The position numbers were made by a program, and so were the translations under genes. A stretch of DNA of 64,000 nucleotides from Afifellaceae bacterium. GTDB taxonomy: Bacteria > Pseudomonadota > Alphaproteobacteria > Rhizobiales > Afifellaceae. Within the stretch, counting starts at the first letter, position 1. Each line of letters starts with the position of its first letter. The DNA lies in assembly GCA_028281235.1 (NCBI GenBank), contig JANQKG010000024.1, positions 64,569 to 128,568 on the forward strand, given 5' to 3'. The notes beneath the pieces were generated by a model. It did no database searches, was not told the DNA's origin, and was given only the letters and a program-made list of their open reading frames with translations. Shown in pieces: positions 19,137 through 29,262 of this stretch.

Positions 19137-20765
19137 ATGACATCCGCCGGGGGGCGAAATCTCATGCAGGACAAATTGATCGCCGGGCCGGAGCGCGTGG
19201 AGGTCAAGCGCGCGCTGATCTCCGTCTCCGATAAAACCGGCATTGTCGTATTGGCCCGCGCGCTGGCGGAGAAGGGGGCGAAGATCCTCTCCACCGGCGG
19301 CACCGCAAAGACGCTTAAAGAGGCCGGCCTGGCCGTCACCGATGTCGGGTCCGTCACCGGCATGAAGGAGATGATGGATGGTCGCGTGAAGACGCTGCAC
19401 CCGGCCATTCATGGCGGGCTTCTGGCCATTCGCGACAATCCCGCGCACCAGGAAGCGATGCAGAGCGCCGGCATTCACGGAATCGATTGCCTGGTGGTCA
19501 ATCTCTACCCGTTTGAGGAGACGATTGCGCGGGGCGCAGATGCGGCAGAGGCGATTGAGAACATCGACATCGGCGGCCCGGCGATGATCCGCGCCGCCGC
19601 CAAGAACGCGGCTTGGGTGACCGTGCTGACGGATGCGGCCGATTATGAAGCCGTCCTGGCCGAACTTGGCTCAGGCGGCGTGCCGCGCGCGCTCCGCGCT
19701 CAATTGGCGGCGAAGGCCTATGCGCGGACCGCCACCTATGACGCGGCCATCGCCGCCTGGTACCAGCAGGCTGTCGGCGACGCGAGCCCCGATCGCGTGA
19801 CCGTCGCGGGACGCCTGCGGCAGGCGCTTCGCTACGGCGAGAACCCGCATCAGCCGGCAGCGCTTTATCTGACCGGCGCGTCCGGGCCAAGCGTCGCCAC
19901 GGCACGCCAAGCGCAAGGCAAACCGCTCTCCTACAACAACATCAACGATGCCGACGCCGCTTTCGATCTCATCTCCGACCTTGCCGGCGAGACGCCCGCA
20001 ATCGCCATCATCAAGCACGCCAATCCGTGTGGCGTGGCGCTCGGCGTTGATCTTGCCGACGCCTACGAAAAGGCGCTGCGTTGCGATCCGGTTTCCGCCT
20101 TCGGCGGCATCGTGGCGGTCAACCGGCCGCTTGACGGCGCTGCCGCGGAAGCGATCACCGGCATCTTCACCGAAGTCGTCGTTGCGCCGGAAGCGGACGA
20201 CAACGCGCTTGCGGCATTCGCCAAGAAGCCGAACCTCCGTCTGCTCCTGACCGGCGGCCTAGCCGACACGAGCGACAAGGGCCAGCGCGTACGGCATATC
20301 GCGGGCGGGCTTCTCGTTCAAATGCGCGACTTCGCGCTTGTCTCGCCCGATGCGTGCCGTGTCGTCACACGCCGCGCGCCGAGCGATGAGGAGATGGCGG
20401 ACCTGATTTTCGCCTTCCGCGTCGCCAAGCACGTCAAGTCGAACGCCATCGTCTATGCCAAGGGCGGCGCGACGGTCGGTATTGGAGCAGGACAGATGAG
20501 CCGGCTCGATTCAGCGCGCATCGCGGCGACGAAATCCGCTGACGCGGCAAAGAGCGCCAGTCTCGACGAACCGCTGACGCGCGGCTCCGTCGTTGCGTCG
20601 GATGCGTTCTTCCCCTTCGCCGATGGGCTCTTAGCGGCGGCGGAAGCCGGCGCCACCGCGGTCATCCAGCCCGGCGGCTCCATGCGCGACGATGAGGTGA
20701 TTGCCGCCGCCGATGAGGCGGGCCTTGCCATGGTGTTCACCGGTACGCGCCATTTCCGTCACTGA
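19137..20765 (+). CDS. purH: Bifunctional AICAR formyltransferase / IMP cyclohydrolase
   Basis: [13 protein letters not shown], the MGS-like domain, and C-terminal [32 protein letters not shown] 19164 (MQDKL) is an alternative start. Confidence 0.93.
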   Translation: MTSAGGRNLMQDKLIAGPERVEVKRALISVSDKTGIVVLARALAEKGAKILSTGGTAKTLKEAGLAVTDVGSVTGMKEMMDGRVKTLHPAIHGGLLAIRDNPAHQEAMQSAGIHGIDCLVVNLYPFEETIARGADAAEAIENIDIGGPAMIRAAAKNAAWVTVLTDAADYEAVLAELGSGGVPRALRAQLAAKAYARTATYDAAIAAWYQQAVGDASPDRVTVAGRLRQALRYGENPHQPAALYLTGASGPSVATARQAQGKPLSYNNINDADAAFDLISDLAGETPAIAIIKHANPCGVALGVDLADAYEKALRCDPVSAFGGIVAVNRPLDGAAAEAITGIFTEVVVAPEADDNALAAFAKKPNLRLLLTGGLADTSDKGQRVRHIAGGLLVQMRDFALVSPDACRVVTRRAPSDEEMADLIFAFRVAKHVKSNAIVYAKGGATVGIGAGQMSRLDSARIAATKSADAAKSASLDEPLTRGSVVASDAFFPFADGLLAAAEAGATAVIQPGGSMRDDEVIAAADEAGLAMVFTGTRHFRH

Positions 20766-20797
20766 CGACTAACAGCGAACCGCGAGGGCTGACGCAG

Positions 20798-21901
20798 ATG
20801 CGCGTGGTGATATGCGGGGGCGGCGCGATCGGCGCGTCGATTGCCTACTTCCTCAGCCGCCGCGGCGCGGAGGTTGTCGTGGTGGAGCGGGCCGGAATCG
20901 CCAATGCGGCGTCCGGCAAGTCCGGCGGGTTCCTGGCGCTCGACTGGTGCGACGGGACGCCGGTGGAAGCGCTCGCGCGGCGGAGCTTTGCTCTCCACGC
21001 CAGCCTGGCGGAAGAGCTCGCCGACGATTTCGGTGAGTGGGGCTATCGTCGCATGACGACTTTCGGTGCGATGGCCAGCGCCGAATCCAGCCTGCGGGAC
21101 TTCAGCGGGGGCCGTGGCCTGAACTGGCTTAGCGAAGACGTTGTCGTCTACCGGCAGCTCGGCACGACGGAGACGACGGCGCAGGTGCATCCCGGCCTAT
21201 ACACCGAAGCATTGATGCGGGCGGCGGAAGCGCATGGCGCCAAGCGCCGCGACGGCGAGGTGACCGACCTTCTCAGCCGTGACGGGACGGCGATCGGCGT
21301 GGCCGTCGACGGTGAAGACATAGCAGCGGACGCCGTTGTCATCGCCATGGGCCCCTGGTCGATCCTGTCGTCGGCGTGGCTTCCCATGCCGGCCGTGTTC
21401 GGCTTGAAGGGGCACAGCCTCGTCTTCGACACCGGCGACAAGGTGCCGGCGGAGGCGCTGTTTCTGGAGTGCCAGGACGAGGACGGCAGCGTGCATTCGC
21501 CGGAAGTCTTTCCGCGCCGCGACGGCACGACCTATGTGTGCGGAATCTCCAGCCAAAGCCCGCTGCCGGTCGATCCGGCGCAAGTCGGGCCGGATGACGG
21601 AGCACTTGAGCGGCTTGAAGCGATCTGCCGGCGGCTGTCGCCGGTCCTGGCAGACGCCGATATCCTGGCACGGCAGGCCTGCTTCCGCCCGGTGACGCAG
21701 GACGGCCTGCCGCTGATCGGACCCGTGAGCGGGCTCGCCGGTGCTTATGCTGCCACCGGTCACAGCGTGTGGGGCATCCTCAATGCGCCGGCGACCGGCG
21801 AGGCGATGGCGGAACTGATCCTCAACGGCGCCAGCACGCTCGACCTGTCGGCTTTCGATCCGGGCCGCCTGCGCGCGTTCGACGCCGCCGAGCTCGGTTG
21901 A
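20798..21901 (+). CDS. FAD-dependent oxidoreductase (DAO family)
   Basis: MRVVICGGGAIGASIAYFLSRRGAEVVVVER dinucleotide-binding motif; 367 aa. Confidence 0.85.
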   Translation: MRVVICGGGAIGASIAYFLSRRGAEVVVVERAGIANAASGKSGGFLALDWCDGTPVEALARRSFALHASLAEELADDFGEWGYRRMTTFGAMASAESSLRDFSGGRGLNWLSEDVVVYRQLGTTETTAQVHPGLYTEALMRAAEAHGAKRRDGEVTDLLSRDGTAIGVAVDGEDIAADAVVIAMGPWSILSSAWLPMPAVFGLKGHSLVFDTGDKVPAEALFLECQDEDGSVHSPEVFPRRDGTTYVCGISSQSPLPVDPAQVGPDDGALERLEAICRRLSPVLADADILARQACFRPVTQDGLPLIGPVSGLAGAYAATGHSVWGILNAPATGEAMAELILNGASTLDLSAFDPGRLRAFDAAELG

Positions 21902-21926
21902 ACAACCGATCCGGCAAGACACGCAT

Positions 21927-23957
21927 CTAGAGACGTGAAGCCGCGTGACCGGAACGCCTATCGCGCGCGATGCCGTGCGACGTCTTCTCCCACTCGCTGG
22001 GGCGATTGAAAAGCTGGAACAGCGCCTGCCAGGCAGCAAACGACATCAGCGCCCAATAGGCCGGCAGCAAGGGAATGTGCCAGGCCAAGCGTAATGCTCC
22101 GGTGGTATTCAATCCACGTGCGGCCGTAATGGCTGCGGCAACGATCACCGCGGTGAAATTGCCGAAGCCCAGCGCCAGAAACGCCCACAGATAAGGCCCG
22201 CTCGGCCAGAAGCCGCTCAGCTCGTTGACCGCCGCTACCGCCAGAAGCACCCATGAAACGGGATAAAGAAGAAGACCCAGCACGCCGGCTGACAGGATTG
22301 CGTGCACGGCAAGCCGGTCTTTCAGCGAAAGTCGCAGGCCGCGCGGAATCTCTTTGCTCAAACAGACGGCGATCGTCTGCATCCAGCCTTTGATCCAGCG
22401 GCGGCGCTGGGGGAGCCATTGCCGGAAGGTGACCGGCGCCTCCTCGTATGTGCGCGAAGGCAGCGTCGCTGAATGGTAGCCGAAGCGGGCAAGCCGAACG
22501 CCGAGATCGGCGTCCTCGGTGACGTTGAACGGGTCCCAGGCAGCGACCTTCTCCAGCAATGCGCGGGGGAAATGGTTGGATGTGCCGCCGAGCGGCAACG
22601 GCACACGCCAGGCCGCCAGCGCCGGCAGAAGCACGTCGAAATTGGCCGCATATTCCAGCGTGAACATGCGCGCGAACCAGGTGCCCTGATTGTCGGGCGT
22701 TAGCCGCGCCTGCACGCAGCCAAGGTCTGGCCGCTTGCGAAAAGCGGCGGCGGCCTTGCGCAGCTGATCGGGTTCCGGCCGGTCCTCAGCGTCGAAGACG
22801 ACGACATAGTCCCCCTGCGCAAAAGCCAGAGCGTAAGTCAGTGCTTTCGGTTTGGTGCGCGGGCCGGCGGGCGGCACGCTTATCATCTCTATCGGAGGCC
22901 CGCCGGCGTGGCGGGCGACAGCTTCGCGTGTCGCGTCGTCGTCGTGCTCGACGATCACCAGGATCTGCAGCTTCGTCACCGGATAGTCGATCCGCTTCAT
23001 ATGAGCGACCAGATCAGGCACGACGGCGGCCTCGCGGTAGAGCGGCACAAGCACTGTATAGGTCGGCAGCTCAGGTTCGGGGATGGGCTTAATGCGTGGC
23101 GGGCACGCGCGATGAAGCGCCGCTGCCAATCTCCAGATGCTGCAATTGAAGAAGAACAGCGTGGTGACCAACGCCATTGCCTGCAGCGCGACGCTGACGT
23201 CCAGTTGCGCAAGTCCAAGTGCTGCTGCGACCAGCAGCATGCGACCACGCACGCCATGGCTGGCGCCTTTGCCGATTCGCCTTGCAGACAGCGACGGCTG
23301 CACGCGCGCCAACCGGCCGATGGCGTAGCGGCTGAGGGCGGCATGGCGTTTGGCGACCAGGAACGCGCGGATCGTCTCCGGCGTGGCGATCCGCAAGCGG
23401 GCGGCAAGAGCCGGCGTCTCGGCCAGCCGGCGTCGTAGAAGCATTATCTGATGAGGCTGTGGCGCCAGCACGAGAAGCGGCACAGCGTCCCGCCGGACCA
23501 TGACGCAGGACGCCAATCGCACGGCGTCAATTGTCAAAAAACCGGCATTCGCAACGATCTCCGCGCCTCGCAGATCGTCGAAGAACGGTAGGCCCAGGTC
23601 CTTGGCCAACAAAGACCAATAGCGGCGGCGGCTGAAGCCGGCGGCGATGAGCTCGTTGCTCGCCGCCGTTCGGTTGTCTGCGGCAGCTTGTGCGACGAGG
23701 CGAAGCCTTTCAACCGATATCCCGTGTCGCGCGAGAAACGCGATATCCGCCGGAAGGCGCCCGGTCGCGTCAGGCTGCTCCCCTTGCGTGCGTTCATAAG
23801 AATGGCGCCACTCAGTGGCCCGGCGGTCGAAACCGGCCCGTCCGAGCCTGCACAGATCGACATAGTCCGCCTGTTGCGCCGCACCGGCCCGCAAGATACC
23901 CCCCATGCGTGCAGTCTTTTCGCAACCCATCCGCGTTTTCTTTGCGGTTTCAAGCAA
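21927..23957 (-). CDS. Family 2 glycosyltransferase with multi-TM C-terminus and an N-terminal accessory domain
   Basis: GT2 core: YTVLVPLYREAAV, VVVFDAEDRPEPDQL, TEDADLGVRLARFGY, QRRRWIKGW. TM helices flank the core. About 200 aa of extra N-terminal sequence. Start uncertain. Confidence 0.8.
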   Translation of the reverse strand: MLETAKKTRMGCEKTARMGGILRAGAAQQADYVDLCRLGRAGFDRRATEWRHSYERTQGEQPDATGRLPADIAFLARHGISVERLRLVAQAAADNRTAASNELIAAGFSRRRYWSLLAKDLGLPFFDDLRGAEIVANAGFLTIDAVRLASCVMVRRDAVPLLVLAPQPHQIMLLRRRLAETPALAARLRIATPETIRAFLVAKRHAALSRYAIGRLARVQPSLSARRIGKGASHGVRGRMLLVAAALGLAQLDVSVALQAMALVTTLFFFNCSIWRLAAALHRACPPRIKPIPEPELPTYTVLVPLYREAAVVPDLVAHMKRIDYPVTKLQILVIVEHDDDATREAVARHAGGPPIEMISVPPAGPRTKPKALTYALAFAQGDYVVVFDAEDRPEPDQLRKAAAAFRKRPDLGCVQARLTPDNQGTWFARMFTLEYAANFDVLLPALAAWRVPLPLGGTSNHFPRALLEKVAAWDPFNVTEDADLGVRLARFGYHSATLPSRTYEEAPVTFRQWLPQRRRWIKGWMQTIAVCLSKEIPRGLRLSLKDRLAVHAILSAGVLGLLLYPVSWVLLAVAAVNELSGFWPSGPYLWAFLALGFGNFTAVIVAAAITAARGLNTTGALRLAWHIPLLPAYWALMSFAAWQALFQLFNRPSEWEKTSHGIARDRRSGHAASRL

Positions 23958-24080
23958 TCGATGCGATAAACCTCTGCGTGCACTCGCATATCGGTTGCGC
24001 TGACGAGTAAGCAGCGGAAAATTGGCCGCAGGCGTGCGATACGGCCTTTGTTGCGCCCCAAGGTTTGGCTAGAGAGCGGC

Positions 24081-24254
24081 ATGACGAATGAGACGCGGCG
24101 GGGAGGCGACGCCAAGAACGGTCGCGAGAAGCGGCTGGCGGCGGCACTCAAGGCCAATCTGGGGCGCCGAAAGGCGCAGACACGTGCGCGCTCGGCGCGC
24201 GACGACGAAGCGGGCGGCGTAAGCCGGAATGAACGTGTGAAGGAGTCCGGCTGA
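24081..24254 (+). CDS. Small basic hypothetical protein, translationally coupled to murA
   Basis: [38 protein letters not shown]... Its stop TGA (24252-24254) overlaps the murA ATG (24254). The ORF opens at 24048. Confidence 0.5.
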   Translation: MTNETRRGGDAKNGREKRLAAALKANLGRRKAQTRARSARDDEAGGVSRNERVKESG

Positions 24255-25543
24255 TGGATCGTATCCGCATTGAAGGTGGCAGGCGGCTGTCCGGCGCCAT
24301 TCCGATTTCCGGGGCGAAGAACGCCACGCTGCCGCTGATGATCGCCAGCCTTCTGACGGATCAGAAGCTGACGCTGGAGAACGTTCCGGCGCTGGCGGAT
24401 GTGGCGCTTCTCAAGCGCATTCTTGCCAATCACGGCGTCGACTACATGGTCAGCGGCAAGCGCGCCGGCGATGCCCCCAATATCGGGGAGACGCTGACGC
24501 TTTCGGCGGAGAACATCGTCGACACGACGGCGCCCTATGAGCTCGTGTCGCGCATGCGCGCCAGCTTCTGGGTCGTGGGGCCACTGCTGGCGCGGATGCG
24601 GGAGGCGCGCGTCTCCTTGCCGGGCGGCTGCGCCATCGGCACGCGCCCGGTGGACTTCTTCCTCATGGGCTTGGAGGCGCTCGGCGCGAAGATCGACATT
24701 GAGGGCGGCTATGTCGTGGCGAAAGCCCCCAAGGGGCTGAGCGGGGCGCGCGTGCACTTCCCGCATGTCTCCGTCGGGGCGACGCATACGATCATGATGG
24801 CGGCGACGCTGGCCAAGGGCGAGACCCTCATCGAAAACGCCGCCAGCGAGCCGGAGGTCCGCAATCTTGCCGACTGCCTCATCAAGATGGGTGCCAAGAT
24901 TGACGGTGCCGGCACGCCGAAGATCCGCATCTCCGGTGTGGACGCCTTACAAGGGACGACGCACCGGGTGCTCTCCGACCGTATCGAGACCGGCACCTAC
25001 GCCATGGCGGTGGCGGCGGCCGGCGGCGACGTGCTTCTGGAGCATGCCGAGCCGGGCACGCTACAGGCGGCGCTTGACGCTATCACCCAGGCCGGCGCCG
25101 AGATCACAGAAACGAACGCTGGCATCCGCGTCTGCCGAAACAGCAGCGGCCTGAACCCCGTCGACATTACGACGGAGCCGTTTCCGGGCTTTCCGACCGA
25201 CCTTCAGGCGCAATTCATGGCGCTGATGACGCGCGCCAAGGGTACGTCGCATATCCGTGAGACGATCTTTGAGAACCGCTTCATGCATGTGCAGGAGCTG
25301 GCGCGGCTCGGCGCCGATATTCACCTCGACGGCCAGGACGCCACCGTGCACGGCGTGGAGCATCTCAAGGGGGCACAGGTCATGGCGACCGACCTCAGGG
25401 CTTCGGTATCGCTCGTCATTGCCGGGCTCGCCGCTGAGGGCGAGACGGAAGTCAACCGCGTCTATCATCTCGACCGCGGCTTTGAGCGGCTGGAGCAGAA
25501 GCTCTCCGCCTGCGGCGCGGACATTGAGCGCCTCAGCGGTTAA
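24254..25543 (+). CDS. murA: UDP-N-acetylglucosamine 1-carboxyvinyltransferase
   Basis: [29 protein letters not shown]..., catalytic [11 protein letters not shown], 429 aa. Confidence 0.95.
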   Translation: MDRIRIEGGRRLSGAIPISGAKNATLPLMIASLLTDQKLTLENVPALADVALLKRILANHGVDYMVSGKRAGDAPNIGETLTLSAENIVDTTAPYELVSRMRASFWVVGPLLARMREARVSLPGGCAIGTRPVDFFLMGLEALGAKIDIEGGYVVAKAPKGLSGARVHFPHVSVGATHTIMMAATLAKGETLIENAASEPEVRNLADCLIKMGAKIDGAGTPKIRISGVDALQGTTHRVLSDRIETGTYAMAVAAAGGDVLLEHAEPGTLQAALDAITQAGAEITETNAGIRVCRNSSGLNPVDITTEPFPGFPTDLQAQFMALMTRAKGTSHIRETIFENRFMHVQELARLGADIHLDGQDATVHGVEHLKGAQVMATDLRASVSLVIAGLAAEGETEVNRVYHLDRGFERLEQKLSACGADIERLSG

Positions 25544-25624
25544 GGCTGCGTCGCCGCGCGAACTTGCTCTGACGGGAGCGACGCCCTACCACGTCCACGG
25601 CCGAAACGGACGCCTGACCACGCC

Positions 25625-26065
25625 ATGACGGACAAAGACCGCCTGCGCCTGATAGCGCTCGACGCGGAGGACCTCGCCATCGTCTCCGCGCACGTGCAAG
25701 ACGCCGTGCTTAAGGCGCAGGACATCAATTGGATGGCGAAGGAGAACCGCTTCGTCATCGCCATGAACCGGTTCGCCTGGGAGGAGGAGCGAGGCCGACG
25801 CCGCGAGCACCAGCGGCGGCGCTCAGCGCTCTATTTCGCCCGCGTCAACAATGTGAAATCCACCGGCATCGACCGCAAAGCGGGCGGTGAGGTTCTAAGC
25901 CTCCTTGCGGTGCGCTTTGAGACCGGCGACGCCCCCTCCGGCGAGATCGTGCTTGATTTCGCCGGCGGCGCGACGATCCGGCTCGCCGTGGAATGCGTCG
26001 AGGCGCAGCTCAACGATCTCGGGCCGGCATGGTCCACGCAGCACGCACCACGGCATATGACGTAG
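25625..26065 (+). CDS. DUF2948-family protein
   Basis: LRLIALDAEDLAIVSAHVQDAVLK...RFVIAMNRFAWE; the conserved murA-hisD intervening gene. Confidence 0.75.
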   Translation: MTDKDRLRLIALDAEDLAIVSAHVQDAVLKAQDINWMAKENRFVIAMNRFAWEEERGRRREHQRRRSALYFARVNNVKSTGIDRKAGGEVLSLLAVRFETGDAPSGEIVLDFAGGATIRLAVECVEAQLNDLGPAWSTQHAPRHMT

Positions 26066-26069
26066 CGCG

Positions 26070-27362
26070 ATGCCCCTTCGTCTCAATGCATCTGACGCGG
26101 ATTTCGAAGCGCGTTTCACTGCACTCCTCAGCGCCAAGCGCGAGGTCGCCGAGGACGTTGACGCGGCGGCGCGCGACATCGTGGAGAATGTGCGCAAAGG
26201 CGGCGACGCCGCGCTGATCGACTACACCGAGCGCTTCGACCGGCAGAAGCTGACGCCTGCGACGCTCCGTGTTCCTGCGGAGGAGATCGCAGCAGCCATG
26301 CGCGCCGTGCCGCAGAAAGACCGCGATGCGCTGGCGGTCGCGCATGAGCGGATCGAGGCCTATCATCGCCGGCAGCTTCCGCATGACGACCGCTATACGG
26401 ACGCGCAAGGAGTCGAACTCGGCACCCGATGGAGCGCAATTGAAGCGGTGGGCATCTATGTGCCGGGCGGAACGGCGGCCTATCCGAGTTCGGTGCTCAT
26501 GAACGCCGTGCCGGCCCGTATCGCCGGGGTGGAACGCATCGTCATGGTGACGCCGACGCCGGACGGCCACATGAACGCGCTGGTGCTTGCCGCGGCCGGG
26601 ATTGCCGGTGTGGACGAGATCTATCGCGTCGGCGGCGCGCAGGCGGTGGCCGCCCTCGCCTACGGCACGGAATCAATCGCGCCGGTGGACAAGATCGTCG
26701 GCCCGGGCCGGGACTATGTGGCCGCTGCCAAGCGGCTGGTCTTCGGCACCGTCGGTATCGACATGATCGCCGGCCCGTCGGAAGTGCTGGTCATTGCCGA
26801 CGGCGACAACGACCCCGAATGGCTCGCCGCCGACCTTTTGGCGCAAGCGGAACACGACGAGGCGGCGCAGTCGATCCTGATCACCGATTCAAACGACCTT
26901 GCGACGCGTGTCGCCAACGCGGTCGAGCGGCAGCTCAAGACCCTCCCCCGCGGCGAGATCGCGGCGGCGAGCTGGCGCGACAACGGCGCCATCATCGTCG
27001 TTCGGTCGCTTAAAGCGGCGATGGAGCTCGCCAACCGCATCGCGCCGGAGCATCTTGAGCTGGCGGTGAGCGATCCGGAGGCGCTGCTGACCGGTGTGCG
27101 CAATGCCGGTGCGGTCTTTCTCGGCCGCCATACGCCGGAAGTGATCGGCGACTATGTCGGCGGCCCCAACCACGTCCTGCCGACGGCGCGCTCAGCGCGC
27201 TTTTCATCCGGCTTGTCGGTGTTCGACTTCATCAAGCGCACGTCGATCCTCAAACTTGGACCGGAAGAGCTGCGCGCATTGGCCAAGCCCGCCGTCACGC
27301 TTGCCGAGGCGGAAGGCCTCGACGCGCATGCGCGCTCGATCGCCATCCGGCTGAACCTCTAG
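26070..27362 (+). CDS. hisD: Histidinol dehydrogenase
   Basis: 430 aa; GGAQAVAALAYGT, QAEHDE and PNHVLPT motifs. Confidence 0.95.
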   Translation: MPLRLNASDADFEARFTALLSAKREVAEDVDAAARDIVENVRKGGDAALIDYTERFDRQKLTPATLRVPAEEIAAAMRAVPQKDRDALAVAHERIEAYHRRQLPHDDRYTDAQGVELGTRWSAIEAVGIYVPGGTAAYPSSVLMNAVPARIAGVERIVMVTPTPDGHMNALVLAAAGIAGVDEIYRVGGAQAVAALAYGTESIAPVDKIVGPGRDYVAAAKRLVFGTVGIDMIAGPSEVLVIADGDNDPEWLAADLLAQAEHDEAAQSILITDSNDLATRVANAVERQLKTLPRGEIAAASWRDNGAIIVVRSLKAAMELANRIAPEHLELAVSDPEALLTGVRNAGAVFLGRHTPEVIGDYVGGPNHVLPTARSARFSSGLSVFDFIKRTSILKLGPEELRALAKPAVTLAEAEGLDAHARSIAIRLNL

Positions 27363-27371
27363 AGGCCTGTC

Positions 27372-27845
27372 GTGAGCGACCTGCAAAGTCGCCTCATCGC
27401 CGTCACCCTCGATGACGAATCGATCGGCCGCGCGTCGCCGGATGTCGAGCACGAGCGCGCGGTCGCTATCTACGATCTCATTGAGGACAATCACTTCGTG
27501 CTGATCAGGCATCCCGGCCCCTACCAGCTTGTCCTGTCTCTGGTGGAGCGGCGGCTGATCTTCGACGTCCGTGACGACGGCGGCGTGCCGCTTGTGACGC
27601 ACGCTTTGTCGCTGACGCCGTTTCGCAAGATCGTAAAAGACTATGCGCTGGTCTGCGAAAGCTATCACCAGGCGATCCGCGTCGCCTCGCCGAGCCGGAT
27701 TGAAGCGATCGATATGGGGCGGCGGGCTCTCCACAACGAAGGCTCGCAGATTTTGCAGGAGCGGCTGCAAGGCAAGATCGAGCTTAACCTCGATACCGCG
27801 CGGCGGCTTTTTACGCTGATCAGCGTGCTGCACTGGCGCGGCTGA
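27372..27845 (+). CDS. UPF0262-family protein
   Basis: [22 protein letters not shown] block; GTG start; conserved position after hisD. Confidence 0.75.
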   Translation: MSDLQSRLIAVTLDDESIGRASPDVEHERAVAIYDLIEDNHFVLIRHPGPYQLVLSLVERRLIFDVRDDGGVPLVTHALSLTPFRKIVKDYALVCESYHQAIRVASPSRIEAIDMGRRALHNEGSQILQERLQGKIELNLDTARRLFTLISVLHWRG

Positions 27846-27847
27846 CA

Positions 27848-28279
27848 TTGGCAGAGCCCATCCGCTCCACGTTGTTCCTATGCGGGCGCAACGCCGTGCG
27901 CTCACCGATGGCCTGTGCGCTGACGGAGAGCCTTTATCCCGGCCGCTTCTATTTGGCCTCCGCCGGCGTCTTGCCGGGCGAGCGTGACCCCTTCGTCGAT
28001 GCGATCCTGGCGGAGATCGGCCTTGATCTCGGCGATCACCGGCCGACCAAGATGGAGGAGCTCGACGATTTGAGCTTCGATCTGGCGATCACGCTTTCCC
28101 CGGAAGCCCATCACCGCGCGCTGGAGCTGACGCGCACCCAGGCGATCGACGTGGAATATTGGCCGATGCCCGACCCGACGCAGACCATGGGGTCGCGCGA
28201 GCAGATTCTGCATGCCTATCGGGAGCTGCGCGAGCGCCTGGCGAACCGCATCCGCGAGCGGCTCGGCAGCGGTTCGTGA
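27848..28279 (+). CDS. Low-molecular-weight phosphatase / ArsC-like family protein
   Basis: P-loop-like LFLCGRNAVRSPMA (CX5R); 143 aa; TTG start. Confidence 0.75.
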   Translation: MAEPIRSTLFLCGRNAVRSPMACALTESLYPGRFYLASAGVLPGERDPFVDAILAEIGLDLGDHRPTKMEELDDLSFDLAITLSPEAHHRALELTRTQAIDVEYWPMPDPTQTMGSREQILHAYRELRERLANRIRERLGSGS

Positions 28280-28318
28280 GTTCACAGCCCTGCCGCGATG
28301 AGCTAGAGCGTACACATC

Positions 28319-28954
28319 ATGCTGAAGAGCGCTTCAGAACGCCCCGGCCTGGTGCTCGCCTCCGCCTCTGCGCGGCGGCTGCAATTGCTAGGGCAGGTCG
28401 GGATTGAGCCGGACAAGCTCTTGCCGGCGGAGATCGACGAGACGCCGCAGCGCAACGAATTGCCGCGCGCGCTGGTCAAGCGGCTGGCACTGACCAAGGC
28501 CCGCACCGCGCGCCACAATGCCCAGCGCGACCCGGCAATCGCCAATGCGCTTGTCTTGGCGGCGGACACAGTCGTGGCGGTGGGACGTCGCATCTTGCCC
28601 AATCCGGAGTTCACCGATGAGGCGGCCGCGTGTCTGCGCCTGCTTTCCGGGCGCGGGCATCGGGTCTATGGCGGCATCTGCCTGATGACGCCGCGCGGCG
28701 GCACGCGCACGCGCGTGGTGGAGACGCGGCTACGGTTCAAGCGCCTGTCGCGCGAGGAGATCGAGGCCTATCTCGCCTCCGGCGAATGGGAGGGCAAGGC
28801 CGGCGGCTACGCCATTCAAGGACGCGCCGGCGGGTTCGTCACCAAGCTTGTCGGCTCCTATACGAATGTGGTCGGCCTGTCGCTTAACGAAACCATGGCG
28901 CTGTTGTCGGGCGAGGGCTACCCGGTCTATGAGCGCTGGGCGATCCCAGCATGA
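28319..28954 (+). CDS. maf: Maf-family nucleoside triphosphate pyrophosphatase
   Basis: [19 protein letters not shown]..., [15 protein letters not shown]. Confidence 0.9.
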   Translation: MLKSASERPGLVLASASARRLQLLGQVGIEPDKLLPAEIDETPQRNELPRALVKRLALTKARTARHNAQRDPAIANALVLAADTVVAVGRRILPNPEFTDEAAACLRLLSGRGHRVYGGICLMTPRGGTRTRVVETRLRFKRLSREEIEAYLASGEWEGKAGGYAIQGRAGGFVTKLVGSYTNVVGLSLNETMALLSGEGYPVYERWAIPA

Positions 28955-29154
28955 GCGAGCGCAACGAAAACGCACCCATCCCACTTCGGCGGTCACGCGA
29001 TTGCCCGATCTGCGGCCAGCCTTCAACACGCCAGGCCTACCCATTCTGCTCACGGCGCTGCGCCGACATCGACCTCAATCGCTGGCTTTCCGGCCGGTAT
29101 GTCATCCCTGCCGCTGAGGAGGATGAGACCGAAGGCGAGGTGAAAAAGCCGTGA
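28951..29154 (+). CDS. yacG: DNA gyrase inhibitor YacG (zinc finger)
   Basis: CPICGQP...[23 protein letters not shown]; ATGA overlap with maf. Confidence 0.88.
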   Translation: MSERNENAPIPLRRSRDCPICGQPSTRQAYPFCSRRCADIDLNRWLSGRYVIPAAEEDETEGEVKKP

Positions 29155-29262
29155 TTCCGAGGTCAAATGCCGCACCGAGGCCAGCGTGCAAGACGTCGCG
29201 ACGGCGTTTGACGGCCGGCCTAAAATACGGTCTTTCTTGCCGCGATCGGACCTGTTTCGGGG

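Noticed and set aside
23534-24787. 417-aa minus-strand ORF spanning the GT2/murA intergenic region and the murA 5' half
   Set aside because: It is antisense to murA, which is certain. The composition is Arg/Ala/Pro-rich with no motifs.
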